64,000 bases of DNA from an uncultured Actinomycetes bacterium (GCA_963704885.1 CAVPIB010000001.1:480001-544000), one strand, 5' to 3'; positions 10,473 to 19,966 are shown, numbered from the stretch's first letter. Translations and numbers: made by a program. Notes: generated from the sequence alone by a model not told the origin.

Positions 10473-10567
10473 TGGCGGAGGCGGACGGGAATCGAACCCG
10501 CCTGGGAGCTTGCGCCCCCACGTCGGTGTTGAAGACCGCGGGGCCCACCAGGAACCCTGACGCCTCC
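10473..10567 (-). tRNA. selC: tRNA-Sec (anticodon UCA)
   Basis: 95 nt, GGAGGCGT...CCGCCTCC-G-CCA; 6-bp D stem; anticodon loop CTTCAAC; long variable arm TGGGGGC-GCAA-GCTCCCA; T arm GCGGG-TTCGATT-CCCGT. Confidence 0.95.
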
Positions 10568-10752
10568 GCACGGGAGCCTACCGGTCTGCCGAACACCGAA
10601 CTCGTGCCCCGCACCCCGAGTGTCCGCGCGCGGCTTACCGGTTCCTTTGCCGAACCTTGACCGGGGGGTGAGAGCGGCCGCTCCAGACTGGGCGTAGTAC
10701 CGGTGACGTGTGGGTAGTCCGATCGATCGCACGTCGGAGGGAGGGAGCACAG

Positions 10753-11136
10753 ATGCGAAAGCAGATGGTCGTCGTCGCCCTGTTCATGGGTATCTCGACC
10801 TGGCTGGTCGCCCCGGTGGCCCACGCGGGCGGCCAGGAGGTGATCCGACGCGGGAGCTGCAGCGCGCAGAGCGACTGGAAGCTGAAGGTCAAGCCCGACA
10901 ACTCTCGGCTCGAGCTCGAGTTCGAAGTGGATCAGAACGTGGTCGGAGAGGTATGGCGGGTGCGGATCAAGCAGAACGGCGCCCGGATCTTCGCAGGCAC
11001 GCGAACCACGCGGGGACCGAGCGGATCGTTCGAGGTGAGGCGCCGTCCGGCGGACGGTGCCGGGGTGGATCGGTTCGTCGCGCGAGCGACGAACCTGTCG
11101 AACGGCGAGAAGTGCGTGGGTCGGATCTCGATCTGA
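10753..11136 (+). CDS. Secreted hypothetical protein
   Basis: RBS GGAGGGAG; Sec signal peptide ending AHA; two Cys; followed by a strong hairpin. Confidence 0.8.
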   Translation: MRKQMVVVALFMGISTWLVAPVAHAGGQEVIRRGSCSAQSDWKLKVKPDNSRLELEFEVDQNVVGEVWRVRIKQNGARIFAGTRTTRGPSGSFEVRRRPADGAGVDRFVARATNLSNGEKCVGRISI

Positions 11137-11155
11137 GAGATGCCGGCTCAGCGAT

Positions 11156-11182
11156 GAGGCCGGGGCCTTCGGCCCCGGCCTC
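11156..11182 (+). terminator. Terminator hairpin
   Basis: GAGGCCGGGGC-CTTCG-GCCCCGGCCTC perfect 11-bp stem. Confidence 0.75.
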
Positions 11183-11198
11183 CCTCACGTCCATCACG

Positions 11199-11249
11199 TT
11201 GCCCACTAGTCCGCTATGGACTAGACTTCGCTGGTCCGCATCAGACTAG
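11199..11249 (+). promoter_or_regulatory. padR promoter with tandem palindromic operators
   Basis: TTGCCC-N17-TAGACT overlapped by CTAGTC-N7-GACTAG (11206-11224), with a second copy CTGGTC-N7-GACTAG (11231-11249). Confidence 0.65.
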
Positions 11250-11266
11250 TGGGGAGATCACGACGG

Positions 11267-11815
11267 ATGAGCGTATCGAAGGTCGAGGTCGTGGTGTTGG
11301 GGCTCCTAGCAGAGGAGCCGATGTACGGGTACGACCTGCTGGAGCGGTTCCGGACCAGGAGCATGGGGTTCTGGGTCGAGGTCGGGAAGGCCTCGGTCTA
11401 CCAGGTCCTCCGCCGGCTGGAGCGCGAGGGGCTGATCGGCGGCCGTTCGCAGGATGGGCCCGAGGGCCCGGATCGCCGTGTATATCGGATCACCAAGGCA
11501 GGCAGGGATCGGTTGACCACAGGGCTCTCGGACCGGTTCGGCATGCTGGAGCCGTACGAGACCGGTGCCGGCCTGGCGCTGGGATTCGTACATCTCCTGT
11601 CGGCCACGGAGGCCCGCAAGGCGGCCGACGCGCGCGAGACGGCCGTTCGAGACCTACTCGACGCCGTAAGAACCGAACGTTCGCGGACGGCAGCCGATCG
11701 CGGCGCCGGACGTACGGTCTCGACCTCGATGCTCGATCGGCAAGAGGCCTTAGCCAAGGCCGAGCTCGCATGGATCAAGGGGTTCCGGACCGACCTGGGC
11801 CGCATCCGCCGGTAG
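11267..11815 (+). CDS. PadR family transcriptional regulator
   Basis: VLGLLAEEPMYGYDL...SVYQVLRRLEREGLI...PDRRVYRITKAG. Confidence 0.92.
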   Translation: MSVSKVEVVVLGLLAEEPMYGYDLLERFRTRSMGFWVEVGKASVYQVLRRLEREGLIGGRSQDGPEGPDRRVYRITKAGRDRLTTGLSDRFGMLEPYETGAGLALGFVHLLSATEARKAADARETAVRDLLDAVRTERSRTAADRGAGRTVSTSMLDRQEALAKAELAWIKGFRTDLGRIRR

Positions 11816-11895
11816 CGACGTTTCTGTGAACATCAAGGGAACCGGCGGTTCAGCCGAGGGTCATGTCGGGACACCACCGTAGGATGGATGCAACC

Positions 11896-12708
11896 ATGGA
11901 AGCCGCGTTCTTCGATCTGGACAAGACGATCATCTCTCGATCGTCCTCGCTCGCGCTCTCTCGTCCCCTGTATCGGGCCGGCATGGTCTCGCGTGGACAG
12001 CTCCTGCGCGGAGCCTACGCGCAGCTGGTCTACCTACTGGTGGGAGCCGACGAGGACAAGATGGAGCGCCTGAAGGAGGGCATGCTCTCCCTCACGAAGG
12101 GGTGGGATCGCTCGCAGGTCGAGCGCCTCGTGCAGGACGTGCTTCTAGACGTGATCGATCCGTACGTCTATCAGGAGGCTCTGGATCTGATCGACCTGCA
12201 CCGAAGCGAGGGTCGCCGGATCTACATCGTCTCGTCGTCTCCGGAGGAGATCGTCCGGCCTCTGGCCCGTCACTTCGGTGTCAGCGGAGTGATCGCCACA
12301 CGCGCCGAGGTCGGCGACGACGGTCGATACACCGGCGGACTGGAGTTCTACGCCTACGGTGCTCAGAAGGCCGAAGCGATCCAGGGGCTCGCCGTCAGGG
12401 CGGGTATCGATCTCTCGGGTTCGTTCGCTTACAGCGACAGCATCACCGACCTCCCCATGCTCGAGGCCGTCGGCAACCCTGTGGCGGTGAACGCCGACAA
12501 GGAGCTCCGCAAGATCGCGGAGGAGCGCGACTGGCAGATCCGCGACTTCCGTCGCCCCGTTCGGCTCCGCTCCCGTATCGCCTCGACCGCGTCGCAGCCC
12601 AAGACTCAGGTCGCGGCCGGCGTGCTGGCCGCCGGCGCGGTGGCCGCGGTCCTGGTGTGGGTGGCGCTCCGGTCGCGCGGCGGAACACGAGGCCGCGGAC
12701 GAGCCTGA
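11896..12708 (+). CDS. HAD-IB family hydrolase (Rv3661-like)
   Basis: AAFFDLDKTII, IVSSS, AYSDSITDLPML and VAVNAD motifs; C-terminal TM helix. Confidence 0.92.
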   Translation: MEAAFFDLDKTIISRSSSLALSRPLYRAGMVSRGQLLRGAYAQLVYLLVGADEDKMERLKEGMLSLTKGWDRSQVERLVQDVLLDVIDPYVYQEALDLIDLHRSEGRRIYIVSSSPEEIVRPLARHFGVSGVIATRAEVGDDGRYTGGLEFYAYGAQKAEAIQGLAVRAGIDLSGSFAYSDSITDLPMLEAVGNPVAVNADKELRKIAEERDWQIRDFRRPVRLRSRIASTASQPKTQVAAGVLAAGAVAAVLVWVALRSRGGTRGRGRA

Positions 12709-12730
12709 GCCCGCACCAGGCTTGCCCGCG

Positions 12731-12759
12731 TTGCGTCGATCCCGGGTCGGGTGTACGGT
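12731..12759 (+). promoter_or_regulatory. Sigma-A-type promoter of the Ms1-like RNA
   Basis: TTGCGT (12731-12736)-N17-TACGGT (12754-12759). Confidence 0.6.
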
Positions 12760-12764
12760 CGAGT

Positions 12765-12902
12765 TGTCTCTTCGGAGGCATCGGGGGGAGCAGAACCCAC
12801 GCGCGAGTCAAGCCGCGGGAGGCATGCTCAGGACCCGGGGGCGCGTAGCCGCCCGGCTCCCGAGCAAGTGCAGACGATGCGCTTGATACCTGCTCCCCTC
12901 GA
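12765..12902 (+). ncRNA. Ms1-like (6S-shaped) RNA
   Basis: 5' TGTCTC-TTCG-GAGGCA hairpin; 13-bp closing stem 12781-12793/12890-12902; ACCCACGCG, GCCGCGG and GCGCTTGATACC motifs resembling Ms1; located directly downstream of an Rv3661-like HAD gene. Confidence 0.75.
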
Positions 12903-12919
12903 CTATGGCCTGGCGCGGA

Positions 12920-14146
12920 TCACGCTTGGGCGGCGACGGGGCGTAGGTACTCGAAGTGCATCCCGTCGGGCACGATCCAGTCGCCACCCCATGCGAACCC
13001 CCACCGATCCATGACCGCGACGAGTCGTGGATCCTGGGCCGGCGGCGTCCCGAACCGATTCGTGTCGGCGTTCACGTCGAAGGCGATCCCCCAGGCGTGA
13101 TGCGAGATCGACGCCGACGGAGATAGCAGAACGAATCGGGACGAGAAGCAGCCGTCGTAGACGTGGATCGCGGACGCCAAGCCCTCGGCGACGACCTCTT
13201 CCATGGCGCCTCGCAGCTGCGGGATGAGCTTGCGGTTGCAGGACACTCGCCCGATCGCGGGTAGCACCGCAGTCACGATGTGCGCCTGCACCCAGGCCGG
13301 GTCTATCTCGATGTATCCGGCGTCTCCCGGCTGTGGACGCCCCGCCCACTCGCTGAACCGACGCTTGATGAGCGCGGGCGGGAGCACGGCGTCGCCTTGT
13401 CGTAGGTACTTCGTCTGGCCCGGGGCGCGAACCTGTACCACCGGGTACTGCAGATCGGACGGGAGCAGCGCCCGGAACCGGTTCTCGAGTTGGGTGTCGG
13501 ACGGCTGTAGGCCTGTCTCTGGCTGGAAGAGCACGTACCGGTTCTGGTGAACACCGATCGCGGCGCCGGTGGCCCGTGTCACCACGACCTCCGCCGCCCC
13601 CACCAGCTCATCGGGGAGGATGCCGATGACCGTGACGCTCGCCCCTCCCAAGAACGTCATAACGCCACCTGGTCCCAGGTGCCTGAGCTTGGATGACGTC
13701 AGTCCCAAGATCGCCTGGCCGTCCTGGAGGTTGGCAACGATAGGCCTGGTCTCGGGAGGAAGGAATCGCGCGTAGGCGGCCTGATCGATAGCCGCCGCGT
13801 CGATGGGGATCATGTAGGGGGCGGGGGGTTCGTCGACCAGGTTGCCGCCCTTGTCGAGCGAGCTGGTCATCCAGACGTTGTCCTGGGCGACCACGGCCAC
13901 CCCGGCGACGGTTGGGAGGGCGGCGACCTTCACCCCGAAGCCCACCGGGAGACCGCCGGGTACCCAGGCGAGGTACGCATCGACTCGCGGCCCCTCGGGG
14001 GGAGGCGCCGAAGGAGTTCCGGTGGATGGGGTGGGCGTGCTTGCTTCACCGTCAGCCTCCGCTCGCTGGATGAGCGTCACCAGCACCGAACCCGCAGCTG
14101 CGACGGCCACGAACGCTGAGATCCCGGCGATGAGCGCTCGCCGCAC
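12920..14146 (-). CDS. M15 family metallopeptidase (D,D-carboxypeptidase / L,D-endopeptidase-like), exported
   Basis: N-terminal signal/TM segment; SHHAWGIAFDVN and WGGDW..DGMHFE motifs. Confidence 0.88.
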   Translation of the reverse strand: MRRALIAGISAFVAVAAAGSVLVTLIQRAEADGEASTPTPSTGTPSAPPPEGPRVDAYLAWVPGGLPVGFGVKVAALPTVAGVAVVAQDNVWMTSSLDKGGNLVDEPPAPYMIPIDAAAIDQAAYARFLPPETRPIVANLQDGQAILGLTSSKLRHLGPGGVMTFLGGASVTVIGILPDELVGAAEVVVTRATGAAIGVHQNRYVLFQPETGLQPSDTQLENRFRALLPSDLQYPVVQVRAPGQTKYLRQGDAVLPPALIKRRFSEWAGRPQPGDAGYIEIDPAWVQAHIVTAVLPAIGRVSCNRKLIPQLRGAMEEVVAEGLASAIHVYDGCFSSRFVLLSPSASISHHAWGIAFDVNADTNRFGTPPAQDPRLVAVMDRWGFAWGGDWIVPDGMHFEYLRPVAAQA

Positions 14147-14236
14147 GTGTCTACCCCTCAGTTCTCTCGGCCGGAGGTGAGTCTAGGTCTCGCGACCGTC
14201 GCGTGCGAGGGAACGCGCGGCCGCGCGACTACGCGT

Positions 14237-14488
14237 CTATGCGAACGCTGCCGGGTGTTCCAACCGATCGGCCAGGCGTTCGGCCCGTTCCGCGGCATCC
14301 TGGGGTCGACCGGCGGACACGGCACCGGCGATCGCGAGCAGCTCACGTTCGACATCCAGGAGCAAGCGGCCGGGCGAACGCCGGACGAGCGGTTCGAGGC
14401 GGACGACCGCTCCGTCCAACCTGGCCATGGCGGCGGGCAGCCGGTCGTGGCGCGCCCGGTAGCGGTCGAGAGATATGACCTGACCCAT
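14237..14488 (-). CDS. Hypothetical small helical protein
   Basis: 83-aa ORF starting MGQVISLDRYR that fills the gap between two minus-strand genes. Confidence 0.65.
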   Translation of the reverse strand: MGQVISLDRYRARHDRLPAAMARLDGAVVRLEPLVRRSPGRLLLDVERELLAIAGAVSAGRPQDAAERAERLADRLEHPAAFA

Positions 14489-14524
14489 GTCGCCAGGCTA
14501 GCCCGGGGGTCTGACACGGCCGGG

Positions 14525-17281
14525 CTACGGCGTCGTTGGTGCGTTCGGATCCACGGTCCACGAGCGCAACACGACGATCGAAGCGTTCCCGGCTCGATCC
14601 TGGGCGATCACCCTGAACGAGTGAGGTCCGTCCGCAAGGTCGACGTAGAGCGCCGGAGATGCGCACGGTGTGAACTCGGCTCCGTCGAGCGAACAGGAGA
14701 GCGAGCCGGGCTCGCTCTGCCAGATCTCGAATGACGCCGTGCGGTCGACGGTGACCGCTCCTTCCTCGGGTGTCCCGGTGAGGATCAGCCCGGGTGGGAT
14801 CGTGTCCACGGTCCAGTGATAGGTGACCGCGTGCGACCGATTCATGGCGGCATCGAGCGCCCAGACCTTGAGCGAGTGCCGGCCGTCGAGGAGAGGTCCG
14901 AATATGTTGTCGTCGTCGCAGGGCATGAGCACCATGCCGTCGAGGGTGCAGAGGAAGAGCGCGGGATCGGTGCGGGACCACAACCGGAAGGTCGCGATGG
15001 TGGAGGGCGTGAATCGTTCCGGGTGGCGGGCCAACCGCACCTTCGGCGCTCCCACGTCGACCGTCCACGTGAAGTACGTCTCACCCCGGTTCCCGAGCCC
15101 GTCTTGGGCGGCAACACGAAGTACGTGCGGACCCTTGGCCAGGCCCGACGCCGATATCCGCCCGGCCGAGCAGTCGGATGCCCGGCCACCATCCAGGCGG
15201 CAGGAGATCGCTCCGGCCACCCCTTCCGTGGGCACGAAGCGCAGGTCCGCATCGCTCGACGAGGTGAAGCTGCGGGGGCCCCGCGCCAAGGCGAATCCCG
15301 GACCCGTCGTGTCGACCCGGAAGAGCCACCCGGCGGGGGGTTGGCTCTTCGCCTGCGTGGCCGGATCGACGGCGCGGACCTCGAAGTACCAGGCTCCCTC
15401 GGCCAGTTCGGCATAGTTAACACCGGTCGTCCGATCGCAGCCCGACCAGTCGCCCGCCGGCCCACCGACCGCGGAAAGTCGGCACTCGAACGTCGCCCCT
15501 GCGGCCCCGCTCGCGAAGGTGAATGAGGCGTTCTCGCCCGTCTGGGCGACGGGCGGATGGGAGACGATCGAGACCGCGGGTCCGCTGGAGGTCACCGTGA
15601 AACTCCTGGCCGCCGGCGTCGGATCGACCAGGCCGCCGAGATCGGTGCCTACGACCTCGAAGGTGTAGTCGCCGTCGGCCAGACCTCCGATCGCGTCTGA
15701 CTGGCCGTTGCAATGATGCCAAGGGTCGGCTACGCCATCGTGGACGAGCCGACATCGATACGTGGAGAACCGAGAGGGCGAGAAGAAGGTGAAAGCGGCC
15801 AGTCGAGTGGGCTGCGCACCGGAGGGCCAGGGCCCGGTCACGATCGTCGTGTCGATCGTAGGAGCCGACAGGTGGGCGAGCTTGGCTCTCAGCGAGGCCG
15901 CGATCGACGCGGAGCCCGGAGTTCCGATGAGGTTCAGGAGTTCGTTCGGGTCGGCCTTCAGATCGAACAGCTCACGCTCCCCGCTGTCGTACCGCACGAG
16001 CTTGTAGCGAGGGGTGACCACGCCCGCGAAGGCCGCCGCCCTGGTCTGGTGCGCGAAGAACGAGATCCCGGAGCAGGGGACCGAGCCGGAGCTGGCGCCC
16101 TGACAATGCTCGATCAGGAGCGCGGATCGCACGCTCGCCGCCGAACCGTTAAGCAACGGGACCAGCGAGCGGCCGTCCGCAGACCAGGGGATCCCGGCCA
16201 GCGCCGCGAACGTGGGTGTGAGGTCGATGTTCGAGACGAGCGCACGCGATGTGCGCGCCTGCTCCGCCTGTAGCATCGCCGGGTAGCGGACGACCATCGG
16301 CACCCGCACGGACTCCTCGTAGGCATCGGTCTTGCCGAACCGGCGGTGCTCGCCGAACAGGAACCCGTTGTCGGATAGGTAGACCACCAGCGTGTCGCGC
16401 GACCGATCGCCCAAGCCCGCCAGGATGTGTGCGACCCCGTCGTCGAGCGCTCGCACCGAGTGCGCCATCCTGGTGAAGCGAAGGTCCGAGCTGGCAACCG
16501 CCTCGGGCGTCAAGGGGACTCGACGTGCGTACACAGGGCTCTTCGACGTGAGCGTGTTCTGATCGAACGACGGACCCCTTGGTGGTGTGACCGGCATGCC
16601 GTTGTAGCGCGGGTCGTCCGCGGGCATGTGCGGGGTGGTGGGGGCGTATATAGCGAAGAACGGCTGTTCGGCGGGGGTGGTCTGCACGAAATCGACGACC
16701 CGTTCGGCCAGGATGTCCGATTGGTAGCCCTGGGATCGGTGCCAGGTCCCGTTCTCGTTGATCCACGGATCGACCATGGAGTAGTTCGCGGGCGCTGGCG
16801 CGCCCACGCAATGCCATCCGTCGAACTCGGGACGAGGACCGCACGACTCCCAACTGTTCAGGTACTTGCCCGCCAGCAAGGTTCGGTAACCGGAGTCATG
16901 CAGGGCCTGCACGATCGTCGGGCGTTCCAGTGGAACCGCGTTCGTGTCGACACCGGTGTGATGCTCGTACAGCCCGGTCAGCATCTGCGAACGCGACGGA
17001 CAACAAAGGGGAGTGTTCACGTACGCGCGCTTGAACAGCATCCCCTGGTCGACCAGATCACCGAAGACGGTTGGCATCAGCTCTCGCGAGAAGTCCGACC
17101 ACGCCTGGTCATCGCTCACCAGGAGCAGGATGTTCGGGCGCTCCTGCGGTGGGGATGATGCCCGGACCTCGGTGGGGCGTGTGCCTATCGACAGCGTGGC
17201 GGCGAGCGCCAACACGGTGCAGGCAACGATGGTCACGCGTCCTACGCCGCTCGCTCCGTGCACCCGTCTCCCCCGTCGCAC
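14525..17281 (-). CDS. Exported sulfatase with C-terminal Ig-like repeats
   Basis: PNILLLVSDDQ, CCPSR (CXPXR), GKYLN and YLSDNG motifs; repeats of the FECRL..W..C / WTVDT type; start uncertain. Confidence 0.9.
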   Translation of the reverse strand: MRRGRRVHGASGVGRVTIVACTVLALAATLSIGTRPTEVRASSPPQERPNILLLVSDDQAWSDFSRELMPTVFGDLVDQGMLFKRAYVNTPLCCPSRSQMLTGLYEHHTGVDTNAVPLERPTIVQALHDSGYRTLLAGKYLNSWESCGPRPEFDGWHCVGAPAPANYSMVDPWINENGTWHRSQGYQSDILAERVVDFVQTTPAEQPFFAIYAPTTPHMPADDPRYNGMPVTPPRGPSFDQNTLTSKSPVYARRVPLTPEAVASSDLRFTRMAHSVRALDDGVAHILAGLGDRSRDTLVVYLSDNGFLFGEHRRFGKTDAYEESVRVPMVVRYPAMLQAEQARTSRALVSNIDLTPTFAALAGIPWSADGRSLVPLLNGSAASVRSALLIEHCQGASSGSVPCSGISFFAHQTRAAAFAGVVTPRYKLVRYDSGERELFDLKADPNELLNLIGTPGSASIAASLRAKLAHLSAPTIDTTIVTGPWPSGAQPTRLAAFTFFSPSRFSTYRCRLVHDGVADPWHHCNGQSDAIGGLADGDYTFEVVGTDLGGLVDPTPAARSFTVTSSGPAVSIVSHPPVAQTGENASFTFASGAAGATFECRLSAVGGPAGDWSGCDRTTGVNYAELAEGAWYFEVRAVDPATQAKSQPPAGWLFRVDTTGPGFALARGPRSFTSSSDADLRFVPTEGVAGAISCRLDGGRASDCSAGRISASGLAKGPHVLRVAAQDGLGNRGETYFTWTVDVGAPKVRLARHPERFTPSTIATFRLWSRTDPALFLCTLDGMVLMPCDDDNIFGPLLDGRHSLKVWALDAAMNRSHAVTYHWTVDTIPPGLILTGTPEEGAVTVDRTASFEIWQSEPGSLSCSLDGAEFTPCASPALYVDLADGPHSFRVIAQDRAGNASIVVLRSWTVDPNAPTTP

Positions 17282-17398
17282 CTGCCGCGAGTCTCGGATG
17301 CCGTTCGGGCGTCCGTCAACCGCGACGGGGCGAAAAGACTCCCGACGACCAGAACGGAACGGCTGCGGGAGGCCTTCGCACCTGGCAGGTCGCAAGAC

Positions 17399-18468
17399 TC
17401 AGTAGGAGACGCGGACCGAGGTGACGGGGGCCAGACGTTCGTGGATGGTTGACCAGCTGGCCCCCGCGTCCACCGAGCCGAAGACGTCGCCTGAGGTGGC
17501 GCCGAAGTAGAGGCCGAGAGGCGAGCCACCGTCGTGGTCGAAGGCTTGGCGGAGGATCGTGAGGTAGGTATCGCTCGCGGGCAGGCCGTCGCCGTGGCCG
17601 GTCCACGTGGCGCCCGCGTCTCGCGTCTGGTACACGCGCAGCTGTCCATCGGGGGTGACTCGGTCGGTATCGGCTGTGAGCGGGATCACGTAGGCGCTAT
17701 CCGGATCCGCCGGGTCGACGACCATCGGGAACCCGAACCCCGACGGCAACCCTTCCGCGATGTCGTTCCACGTCGATCCGGCGTCGTTGGACCGGTACAC
17801 ACTCCCGTGGAACTGCATGAACAGTCGCTCTGGTCGCAGCCGGGCGCGGTGCATGTTGTGGACGCAGAGCGCGTGCGTGCCTTCGCGCTGCTCCTCGGGG
17901 AGATAACCCGGGACGAGGCCCGCGTACCCGGTTCGCCAGGTGTCCCCGGCGTCCTCGGATATCCAGACACCAGCTGCAGAGATACCCACGGCCAGACGGT
18001 TGGGGTCGCCCGGCCACGGGCAGATGGAGTGCAGCGCCAGCCCGCCCAAGCCCGGCCCCCAGTCCGGGCGGGTCGGCACGTTCCACAGGCTCCGGTTCAG
18101 CTCCCAGGTCTCCCCCGAATCGGTGCTCACGAACAGGGCCGCCGGATCGACGCCCGCGTAGAGCACGCCGTCGGACTCGCCGGGCTTGACGATCCAGATG
18201 CGCTCGACGGCGACGTCGGGGATGTCCTGAGGGAAGGCCGGGCCTTTCGCCTGCTCCCACTCGCCGGTGGGATCGTCGGCATACATCACTCGAGGTCCGT
18301 AGAACCCCGAGGTCACGGAGGCGAAGTATCGACCGGTAGCGCGGGTCGCGCGTCGCGAACTCAACGACGTCGCCGGGGAACGCTCGCTCGGCGATGTCGA
18401 ACGGCTCGCCCTACCTCGCCCCTGAGGACGAACAGGCCCTTCTTGGTTCCCACGAGCAGTTCGGTCAC
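17399..18468 (-). CDS. BNR/Asp-box repeat beta-propeller protein (two +1 frameshifts at ~18411 and ~18338, likely artefacts)
   Basis: N-terminus VTELLVGTKKGLFVL overlaps the MoaD stop (GTGA); Asp-boxes STDSGETW, SEDAGDTW, SNDAGSTW and TRDAGATW. Confidence 0.85.
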
Positions 18469-18734
18469 GACCCTCCTCCTCCTGCGATCGATGGCAACAC
18501 GTGGATGCGACCCTGCGGCGCCACAGGCGTGTCCTCGCGACCGCGTTCACCGTCCACGAACACGTTCACGTGGCGGCGGATGCGGCCATGCTCGTCGAGC
18601 ACCCAGCCCTCCAGCCGGGGGTAGGAGCGCTCGAGCTCGAGCAGGACGGCGCCGATCGACTCGCCGGGCACTTCGATCTGGGATCGGCCGTCGGCTCGAT
18701 CCTTGAGTGGCGCCCGGAGCGTCACCACCGCCAT
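18465..18734 (-). CDS. MoaD/ThiS family ubiquitin-like protein
   Basis: RRHVNVFVDGE and IHVLPSIAGG(GGS). Confidence 0.88.
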   Translation of the reverse strand: MAVVTLRAPLKDRADGRSQIEVPGESIGAVLLELERSYPRLEGWVLDEHGRIRRHVNVFVDGERGREDTPVAPQGRIHVLPSIAGGGGS

Positions 18735-18886
18735 CGGTCGAGTCTAGGTCCCCACGCCGACGCCCACTTGCGCCTTCTTGCGGTGAGGACTTCGCGTGTC
18801 GGTGCCCGGGGGTAGGGTGCATCGGTCGTTGAACCCGCGCGATCCTCCCTCATGCCGGCCTGAGCCGGCCCAGAGAGGGGGAGCCT

Positions 18887-19966
18887 GTGGACCAGGTAGC
18901 CAGGGTCGTGTTGGGGATGGAGCAGCACGATGTCGCCGAAGAGGTGATGCATTTCCTGGACCGGAGCGGCCATGCCCGAGTCGTGGCCACGGCTGCCGAC
19001 GATCGTCAACTCCTGGAGGCGGTGCGACAGCTGGATCCCGACGCGGTGATCGCGCAGGCCCTCGTGGCCGGCGACGCGGTCAAGGCCCGCGCGTTCCTGG
19101 CACTCGAGCCGCGCGAATCGATCGCCGCGCTTCGCGCGGCGATCAAGGGCGGTGCCCGCGGGTTCTTCGTGTGGCCGGCCGATCGCGAGGCGTTGTCAGG
19201 CGCGGTCGCTGCGATCCTTTCTGCGCCGCTCGCCCTCGAGCGTCGTGCCACCGTCGTGGCCGTGCACGCCGCGCGGGGTGGCGCCGGCGCTACCTTCGTG
19301 ACCACCCACCTGGCGCAGGCGTTCGCCAGGCGCGGTCAAGCCTGCATCGTGGTCGACGCCGATCCGCTCAGCGGCGAGATCGGAGCGGCGCTAGGGGCGC
19401 CCGAGGAGGACGTCCATAGCCTGGGAGACCTGCTCCCGCTCGCGCACGAGTTGGCGGCGGGCCACCTGGAAGACGCCCTGTGGACGCACTCCGCCGGGTT
19501 CCGCGTGCTCCTCGCGCCCCCCGTCAACGAGGCCGTGGTCGTCGACGCTACCCATCTTCGCCCCGTGGTGGACGTGGCGGCGGCCACCGCGGACGTCGTC
19601 CTACTACACCTCCCTCGCGCGGTCGATGGGTTGGTACGGGCGGGCGTCGAGACCGCCGACCGCGTGGTCGAGGTGCTCACGCTTGACATGCTCTCGTTCC
19701 GGGCGACGAAACGCGCTCTGGACCTGCTTCGGCCCATCCATCTGGAAGGACGGCTGGGGTTCGTGGTGAACCGTGCGTCCCGAGCCGAGATCACCGTGCG
19801 TGACGTCGAACGGGTGTTCGGGTGTGAGCCGATCGCCGTCGTGTCCACCGACCGAGCCGTGGGGCGCATGCAGGATCACGGTCGTCTGATCTCGCCGCGG
19901 GGGCGAACGGGGCGAGCTTTCAACCGACTTGCTGAGCGGTTGACGGTAGGTGTTGCTTTGGAGTGA
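18887..19966 (+). CDS. cpaE: CpaE/Ssd-like pilus assembly MinD-type ATPase with N-terminal receiver-like domain
   Basis: Deviant Walker A ARGGAGAT; VDAD; VVNR; RBS GGGGGAG. Confidence 0.8.
   Translation: MDQVARVVLGMEQHDVAEEVMHFLDRSGHARVVATAADDRQLLEAVRQLDPDAVIAQALVAGDAVKARAFLALEPRESIAALRAAIKGGARGFFVWPADREALSGAVAAILSAPLALERRATVVAVHAARGGAGATFVTTHLAQAFARRGQACIVVDADPLSGEIGAALGAPEEDVHSLGDLLPLAHELAAGHLEDALWTHSAGFRVLLAPPVNEAVVVDATHLRPVVDVAAATADVVLLHLPRAVDGLVRAGVETADRVVEVLTLDMLSFRATKRALDLLRPIHLEGRLGFVVNRASRAEITVRDVERVFGCEPIAVVSTDRAVGRMQDHGRLISPRGRTGRAFNRLAERLTVGVALE

Noticed and set aside
9549-10473. Integrative element at the selC 3' end
   Set aside because: No integrase and no duplicated tRNA 3' end (att site) were found in the window.
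10575-10660. Repeated GTTCGGCA..ACCGGTA(A/G)GC upstream of selC, with GGCAAA reminiscent of a c-di-GMP-I riboswitch
   Set aside because: The GAAA tetraloop/receptor and second GCAAA stem are missing; it is more likely tandem promoter elements.
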